A stretch of 64,000 nt of DNA from contig CAUJCN010000002.1 in the NCBI GenBank assembly GCA_963169855.1, forward strand, positions 452,885 to 516,884. The letters run 5' to 3'. This document shows, in pieces, positions 58,543 through 64,000 of the stretch. This DNA is from Patescibacteria group bacterium. Its GTDB lineage: Bacteria > Patescibacteriota > Dojkabacteria > J137. The translations under genes and the position numbers were made by a program. The notes beneath the pieces are model-generated. The model was not told the DNA's origin and made no database searches. It saw only the letters and a program-made list of their open reading frames with translations. How positions within the stretch are numbered: position 1 is the stretch's first letter; each line of letters begins with the position of its first letter.

Positions 58543-60015
58543 TTAAAACTCCTTTCTAGCCACCCTATTTAAATTCCTAATACTTTGCATACTAGGTCCT
58601 AAATTCTTATCCGGCATTTTCACAGGTACTTTCTTGTGTTTCTTAATTTCTGGTAAATCTGCATCCTCCTCTGAATATACTTTCAGATAACTTTTATCTC
58701 TTGTTGCAAGTACAAAGTGCCAAAACACGTACATGAATGCATTGCGAACAACCAAATCTTTCATAGGATTTCTACCCGAATATTGAAATTGATGTTCCAA
58801 TCCAGATGGCATTAAATAGTCTGGATCAGGTAATCTTCCGTTTTGTAAGTTGCTCATTAAGTTCTGAGAAATGTGCAACTCATATCCTCGATTGAAAATG
58901 TCTGCAACATTTTGAATAAAGGCACCAACCCATGTCTCATTCTCTTGTAGAGCTTTATCCAACATTTCACTTTTTCTTATTATCTCCAGATCTTCATCTT
59001 CGATTAACCTGCGAAGCTTTGGTTTAGATTGATTCACTAGTTCAGGTTCAGTGTTAGATTCTTGTACACCTCGATTGTCAAGAATATTTCTGGAAGATAT
59101 CACTTTAACTTTATCCTTCAATCCTAAGATCATGTAATAATCGTGTTCACCAAGAACGATTTTCATAAAAGTTTTTGCAAACTTTACAACGATGCTTAAA
59201 TTACGATTATTTCTTAGAATAGTGGCAATTGCTTTGTAATACTGATTTTCACTCGTATCTAAAAAATTCAGAAATTTTTCTGGCAGGCTGTCTGGAAAAT
59301 CAAATAATGACCCTTGCCTTAACAGATGAAAGTCGTTAGGATTCAGTACGATTTCAAGATTCTGGGTTTGAATGAAATCATTAATCATTTGTGCAATTGC
59401 TGCTTGAAAAGGGAATATATCGAATTTTATTTTCCCCTCAAGTATCATCAAAGTAGGTAAAACATCTTCAGATCTATCAAATACAAATTTGTTAGCTTTA
59501 GAGTTTTTTGAAAAATCTGGCTTAACTTCCGCTCCAATTACTTGAGAAAGAGTAAATGCAGTTTCGATTTCCACAGAGTCTAGTGATGGATCAATTTCAA
59601 ATTTTACTTTACCAGGTGAGGCAATTGTATTTCTAAAAACAGCGACCATATCCTGCCATAGACCGTACGCAAACAGTTTTGTAAACAGTAAATCTTCTTG
59701 CCTAAGTAATTCTAACAGTGTTCCTGAGTCTTCTATCGTTTCCAGGAAAGCCATAAACTCAGTTGGAATCCTCAAGAAAGTCGGAGGACGTATTCCAAGA
59801 TTAGAAAGTAATTCAAATTCTTGGTTTGAAACTTTTACGTTAATTGATCCTGCTACAAAAAGATTGTAAAAGAATCCACCCATTTCTCTAATTTTCACTC
59901 TGGAAGCAGCAGTATTAATATCTTTCCCCTCTAAAACATCTGCTATGTAGTTCCTATTCAAGCTCAGGGATCGCCGAACTCTTATATTCCTTTCCATTCG
60001 TGGATCGCCTTCCAT
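58543..60015 (-). CDS. Hypothetical protein with possible internal repeats
   Basis: 490-aa ORF; weakly repeated helical units; no motif recognised. Confidence 0.6.
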   Translation of the reverse strand: MEGDPRMERNIRVRRSLSLNRNYIADVLEGKDINTAASRVKIREMGGFFYNLFVAGSINVKVSNQEFELLSNLGIRPPTFLRIPTEFMAFLETIEDSGTLLELLRQEDLLFTKLFAYGLWQDMVAVFRNTIASPGKVKFEIDPSLDSVEIETAFTLSQVIGAEVKPDFSKNSKANKFVFDRSEDVLPTLMILEGKIKFDIFPFQAAIAQMINDFIQTQNLEIVLNPNDFHLLRQGSLFDFPDSLPEKFLNFLDTSENQYYKAIATILRNNRNLSIVVKFAKTFMKIVLGEHDYYMILGLKDKVKVISSRNILDNRGVQESNTEPELVNQSKPKLRRLIEDEDLEIIRKSEMLDKALQENETWVGAFIQNVADIFNRGYELHISQNLMSNLQNGRLPDPDYLMPSGLEHQFQYSGRNPMKDLVVRNAFMYVFWHFVLATRDKSYLKVYSEEDADLPEIKKHKKVPVKMPDKNLGPSMQSIRNLNRVARKEF

Positions 60016-60087
60016 GCGTTTTGTTCTTGAAAATTATTAACAAAGATAATAACATATACCTGCTTTTATAAATTAAATTGAACCTCT

Positions 60088-61329
60088 ATGAAAATCACAA
60101 AAGTACATGCAAGGCAAATCATTGACTCTAGAGCTACTCCAACTTTGGAAGTAGATTTATATTTAGAAGATGGGTCAATGGGTAGAGCAGCAGTCCCAAG
60201 TGGAGCATCCACAGGTGCTCACGAAGCTTTAGAATTAAGAGATGGGGATAAATCAAATTATTTGGGAAAATCCGTTTTAAAGGCTGTAGCAAATGTAGCT
60301 AAAATTAATGAACTTATCTCTGGAAAAGGATTCGAAACGCAGGAAGCTTTAGACTCATTCTTGCTGATGGAAGATGGAACTGAGAACAAATCAAATTTTG
60401 GTGCAAATGCAATCTTAGGAATCTCTTTAGCATTTGCTCACGCAATGGCCAACTCAAGAAAAGTTCCTTTGTTCAGATATATAAATGAAATTTACGGTGG
60501 CTCTGAAATGAAACTTCCTACTCCAATGTTCAATATTATGAACGGAGGAAAGCACGCAAACTGGGCGACTGACATTCAGGAGTTTATGATCATGATTCCT
60601 AATAAAGATTATGCTGAACAGTTGAGAGCTAGTTGCGAAATTTTCATGTGTCTGGGAAAGATCTTGGAAGCTAGAGGATTGAATACAAATATCGGAAATG
60701 AGGGAGGATATGCTCCTGGATTCGCAAACAACGAAGAAGCATTCGAAGTGATCTCCGAAGCGATTGCTAAAGCTGGATATAAGTTGGGTGAAGACGTATT
60801 CTTTGCTCTTGATGTTGCATCGACTGAATTCTTTAATGCTGAAAATGGAACATATACTTTAAAAACTGAAGATAGAACTCTTTCTGCGGATGAATGGATG
60901 GATGTTTTAGAAGGATGGACAAAGAAGTATCCGTTCTTAAGTATAGAAGATCCGTTCGCAGAAGATGACTGGGCAAACTGGACAAAATTTACTTCTAAAG
61001 TTGGAAAAGATCTTCAAGTTGTTGGAGACGATCTTTTAGTTACAAATTCTCAGAGAGTTGAAAAAGCTATAGAAGAAAAAGCTTGTAACGCACTTTTGGT
61101 AAAAGTGAATCAAATTGGAACACTGACTGAAACTATCAATGCGATGAAGATGGGTCAAAAGAATGGATGGAATAATGTACTTTCACACAGGAGTGGTGAA
61201 ACAGAAGATGTAACAATTTCTCACATTGCCGTTGGAACTGGATGCGGACAAATCAAAACTGGAGCACCGAGCAGAGGAGAACGAACAGCTAAATACAATG
61301 AATTGTTGAGAATCTCGGAAGTTCTTTAA
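60088..61329 (+). CDS. eno: Enolase
   Basis: VPSGASTG, NGGKHA, IQEFM, VGDDL, SHRSGETED, KYNELLRI. Confidence 0.97.
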   Translation: MKITKVHARQIIDSRATPTLEVDLYLEDGSMGRAAVPSGASTGAHEALELRDGDKSNYLGKSVLKAVANVAKINELISGKGFETQEALDSFLLMEDGTENKSNFGANAILGISLAFAHAMANSRKVPLFRYINEIYGGSEMKLPTPMFNIMNGGKHANWATDIQEFMIMIPNKDYAEQLRASCEIFMCLGKILEARGLNTNIGNEGGYAPGFANNEEAFEVISEAIAKAGYKLGEDVFFALDVASTEFFNAENGTYTLKTEDRTLSADEWMDVLEGWTKKYPFLSIEDPFAEDDWANWTKFTSKVGKDLQVVGDDLLVTNSQRVEKAIEEKACNALLVKVNQIGTLTETINAMKMGQKNGWNNVLSHRSGETEDVTISHIAVGTGCGQIKTGAPSRGERTAKYNELLRISEVL

Positions 61330-61352
61330 TCAAAGTCTGATATCCCAATGAA

Positions 61353-61374
61353 GGTGCCTCGCAAGAGGCATTTT
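61353..61374 (+). terminator. Intrinsic terminator after eno
   Basis: GGTGCCTC-gcaa-GAGGCATTTT. Confidence 0.8.
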
Positions 61375-61420
61375 CTATATACAGATGGGAGTTCCTTGCT
61401 ATAATTGCCGTCAGTAAAAT

Positions 61421-62320
61421 ATGGAGACATTATCAAAACCCTTTTTTGAGAAAGGCAGTTCAATAATAAGAGAGTTACAAAGCTACTTAACCAACGGTGG
61501 AAGAAGGGCCGACCTAATCTCTCTTTACCTGATAGGCACATCCCTAGAGAATCTTCCTCCAGTAGTTAAGAATCAAGTCCATTCTATTTTTCCAGAAAAC
61601 AGTTTCACTTACGTCGATAGCAATGTTGGACTACAGAGAAACAAAGAGACTGGTAGATTCGCCCCTTGTGATTTAGCAGATACTCATTTTACAAATCTAA
61701 GGACTGGTCTGGAAAAATCCTTTCGTTCTCACATAGAATCTAATTACCCAGCACTAGATCCCGACACAGGCTTTACAGTTACCATTCCTGGCTACGAAAA
61801 TCTTTTGCAACACGGGATACTTAAAGCAACTGGCTATATTTGTTTTCTTCCAAGTAGAAATCTAGTTTTATCAGATGGTGGTCGGTTGTTCCAAGGTGTG
61901 ATATACCGATTGGTTTTATCAGAAGACCAAGTACGTTTCGTTACGACAAGAAATCTTTTTGCTTTTATACACACCTATATTGAAGATATTTGCGAACTTC
62001 TTGATAACCTAAATAGTGGATATCCTTTGTTTGATCACAAGAAGAAAGGTTTTCTAAAAAAGCTTTGTGACAATTTAACAGCTTTTTTCCCGCAAGATTA
62101 TAATTTTCTAGAGAAAGTCCTGGATGCAACTAGAGATCAGGATATTGATGAAGATCAACGAAATGAAATACTCAGAGTTTTTCAGAATTACTTACGAAAG
62201 CTAATTTCTGAACTTCCTAATGACGTATCAATTGATCTTTTTAACAAAGAGATAACTTTAAATCTACCCAATCTCAAGCTCGAAACTGGAAGAATGTGGA
62301 AACCAACTCAAGAATCTTAA
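61421..62320 (+). CDS. Hypothetical protein, paralog of next ORF
   Basis: Shares F.PC.L...HF, GY..LP....VLS.G..LF..V.YRL and NKE..LETGR blocks with 62341..63252. Confidence 0.7.
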   Translation: METLSKPFFEKGSSIIRELQSYLTNGGRRADLISLYLIGTSLENLPPVVKNQVHSIFPENSFTYVDSNVGLQRNKETGRFAPCDLADTHFTNLRTGLEKSFRSHIESNYPALDPDTGFTVTIPGYENLLQHGILKATGYICFLPSRNLVLSDGGRLFQGVIYRLVLSEDQVRFVTTRNLFAFIHTYIEDICELLDNLNSGYPLFDHKKKGFLKKLCDNLTAFFPQDYNFLEKVLDATRDQDIDEDQRNEILRVFQNYLRKLISELPNDVSIDLFNKEITLNLPNLKLETGRMWKPTQES

Positions 62321-62340
62321 TCAGTTGTATAATCCAGCAA

Positions 62341-63252
62341 ATGGACGCAATAAAAATCGAACCAAAAGTAAATTCAAGGAATTTGTTAGAAGCATTACAT
62401 AGAAGCCCGCCGCACTACGAAAGTCTTTCTTTCCAACTAGTACCTAATTCGCTTCAAACTTTTGATTCGGATACTCATGATGAGGTTATGAAGTTACTTG
62501 AGAAAGATGGTTTAGTAAAACTAGACCTAGCAAACATTTCCTTAAAGAGGGCTCCAAAAGATACTAAATTTGATCCATGTTACTTATCCAACGAGCATTT
62601 TGCCCACTTTTTTAATCCTAGCTTCGACCCAAAATTACCTTATTATTTATTCCATCATTACGGAGCTTTCGTCCCTGAATGTTTGTTTAAAATAAGAATT
62701 ATTGGAATGAGCGAACTTTCTGATTACGCCATCATTAAGCCTTACGGATACTTTACTTTGTTACCAACTAAACACATTGTTCTTTCAAACGGAGTTGTAT
62801 TATTTGAGAATGTTCTATACAGATTAAGTGTTTCAGATAAATTAAAAGCCGAAATTCAGAAACTATCTCTTTTTGCCTTTGTAAGAAAGTTCGATCAACA
62901 GATTAAACATTGGTTAGCTAATTTACCTCGAGGTAGTAGAGGTGCTTTAAATTCTGTAGACTTTTTCTTTAGACAGCTCTTTGATCTTATTAAGAACCTA
63001 GGAACTCTGAATAGTATTGTTGAAGACTCAGCTAACATAGATAAGGCTTTACAAGTTATTTTTAAGAGTGCGGCTACTGGAGGTCTTACAGAAACTTCGG
63101 AAATAATATTCCTACAAGAAGTCATCGATACTGTTGTTAAAGCTGCAGAACAGAATCCTTCTATAGATTTTATGAACAAAGAGTTTCTTATTGAATTAGA
63201 TACTCCTACTTTAGTGCTAGAAACAGGGAGGAAGGTGAAATTAGAACCATAG
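62341..63252 (+). CDS. Hypothetical protein, paralog of previous ORF
   Basis: Same shared blocks; ATG 62341 is 7 nt after TATAAT and avoids overlap with the upstream gene. Confidence 0.7.
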   Translation: MDAIKIEPKVNSRNLLEALHRSPPHYESLSFQLVPNSLQTFDSDTHDEVMKLLEKDGLVKLDLANISLKRAPKDTKFDPCYLSNEHFAHFFNPSFDPKLPYYLFHHYGAFVPECLFKIRIIGMSELSDYAIIKPYGYFTLLPTKHIVLSNGVVLFENVLYRLSVSDKLKAEIQKLSLFAFVRKFDQQIKHWLANLPRGSRGALNSVDFFFRQLFDLIKNLGTLNSIVEDSANIDKALQVIFKSAATGGLTETSEIIFLQEVIDTVVKAAEQNPSIDFMNKEFLIELDTPTLVLETGRKVKLEP

Positions 63253-63302
63253 GACTGTTACAGTAGTGTTAGCAATTTTTTGTAACAAAAGTCTTGATTG
63301 TA

Positions 63303-63430
63303 CATTTATCACCCTCTTCGATGGTGGTATATGCTTGGACTGCTAACATTCTTCGATGCTGCGTTGTAAACATCAGAATTATTCCAAGTTTTTTGGAAAT
63401 GCATTTATCACCCTCTTCGATGGTGGTATA
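63303..63430. repeat. Perfect 29-bp direct repeat (2 copies, 70-bp spacer) with internal hairpin
   Basis: catttatcaccctcttcgatggtggtata at 63303-63331 and 63402-63430. Confidence 0.9.
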
Positions 63431-63460
63431 ATCAATCCGATAAATAATATACATTTCCAT

Positions 63461-64000
63461 ATGAATTTAAAGAAAACAAAGATTGTTTGTACAATCGGTC
63501 CTGCTTCATGGGATCCAGAAGTAATGAAGAACATGATTGATGCTGGTATGAACTGCGCCAGAGTAAACGGTGCTTTTGCAGACGAAGCTGAGTTAGATAA
63601 GGTGACGAAACTAGTTAGAGATGTTTCAGATAGCGTTTCTCTAATGATGGATGTTAAAGGTCCCGAAGTTAGAATGAACAAATTTGCAGCTGCAAAACCT
63701 ATCAAGCCGGGAGACGAAATTATTATAGGAAACGATGATTCTTCAGAGATCTACCCTGGAAACTATCCTGATTTATACAAACATTTAGAAGTTGGACAGA
63801 GAGTAGTGATCGGAGACGGCGATACTGAGTTAGTAATTACTAAAATCGAAGGAGACAAAATGATTACTGAAGTAGTTTTCGGAGAAGCTTTGAAACCTGG
63901 AAAAGCAATGAACTTACCAGGGGCTGCAATTACTTCTCAAATTTTGACTGAGAAAGACAAAACAAATTTAGCTTATGCAATGAAATTAGGCTGGGATTTT
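63461..64000 (+). CDS. pyk: Pyruvate kinase, 3'-truncated by window edge (not in ORF track)
   Basis: Manual translation MNLKKTKIVCTIGPASWD...AGMNCARVNGA...MDVKGPEVR...IGDG...KAMNLPG. Confidence 0.93.
   Translation, partial: MNLKKTKIVCTIGPASWDPEVMKNMIDAGMNCARVNGAFADEAELDKVTKLVRDVSDSVSLMMDVKGPEVRMNKFAAAKPIKPGDEIIIGNDDSSEIYPGNYPDLYKHLEVGQRVVIGDGDTELVITKIEGDKMITEVVFGEALKPGKAMNLPGAAITSQILTEKDKTNLAYAMKLGWDF

Noticed and set aside
63303-63430. Possible two-repeat CRISPR or att-site pair
   Set aside because: Only two copies, 70-bp spacer, no cas or integrase nearby
63269-63705. Minus-strand ORFs with repeated YTTIEEGDKC
   Set aside because: The peptide repeat is the 29-bp DNA repeat translated; the longer ORF is antisense to pyk
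1-64000. Alternative genetic code, rRNA/tRNA genes, prophage or IS
   Set aside because: Conserved genes translate full length in code 11 with TGA as stop (e.g. rpsG); no such genes recognised by eye, though a covariance-model scan was not run

Overview
AT-rich, gene-dense bacterial chromosome segment in standard code 11. The gene content and style (DUF4012 protein, TrmB-type regulators, N-terminally truncated IF2, many single-pass surface proteins and ORFans between housekeeping genes) suggest a Patescibacteria/CPR genome, possibly Dojkabacteria-like; this is inference. Core genes: trxB (partial), rnj, dnaA, comM/yifB, rsmI, ribA, rpoB-rpoC-rpsL-rpsG, recJ, HU, sufU, rpe, hisS, sufS, folA, infB, eno and pyk (partial). 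I saw no rRNA, tRNA, CRISPR array, integrase or transposase. Main observations: (1) an RNA polymerase whose trigger loop and NTP-entry residues are rewritten (QLTMRTFH -> QLTLKSKS; SGARG -> SGAVS), with a heavily substituted rifampicin pocket and a divergent S12 loop; (2) a divergent Elp3 / Trm9-like methyltransferase pair, a candidate eukaryote/archaea-like mcm5U34 route, split by a four-helix-bundle gene with inverted heptamer arrays on its flanks; (3) an excisionase-type HTH fused to an SDH/ClpP-class protease, whose consensus promoter is bracketed by 10-bp-phased repeats; (4) a circularly permuted M23 peptidase next to a dockerin/cohesin pair; (5) duplicated cGAAg-hairpin repeats abutting the -10 boxes of rnj and pyk; (6) widespread leaderless-type promoters; (7) three small genes missed by the ORF track. 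All calls come from motif recognition by eye; no searches were run.
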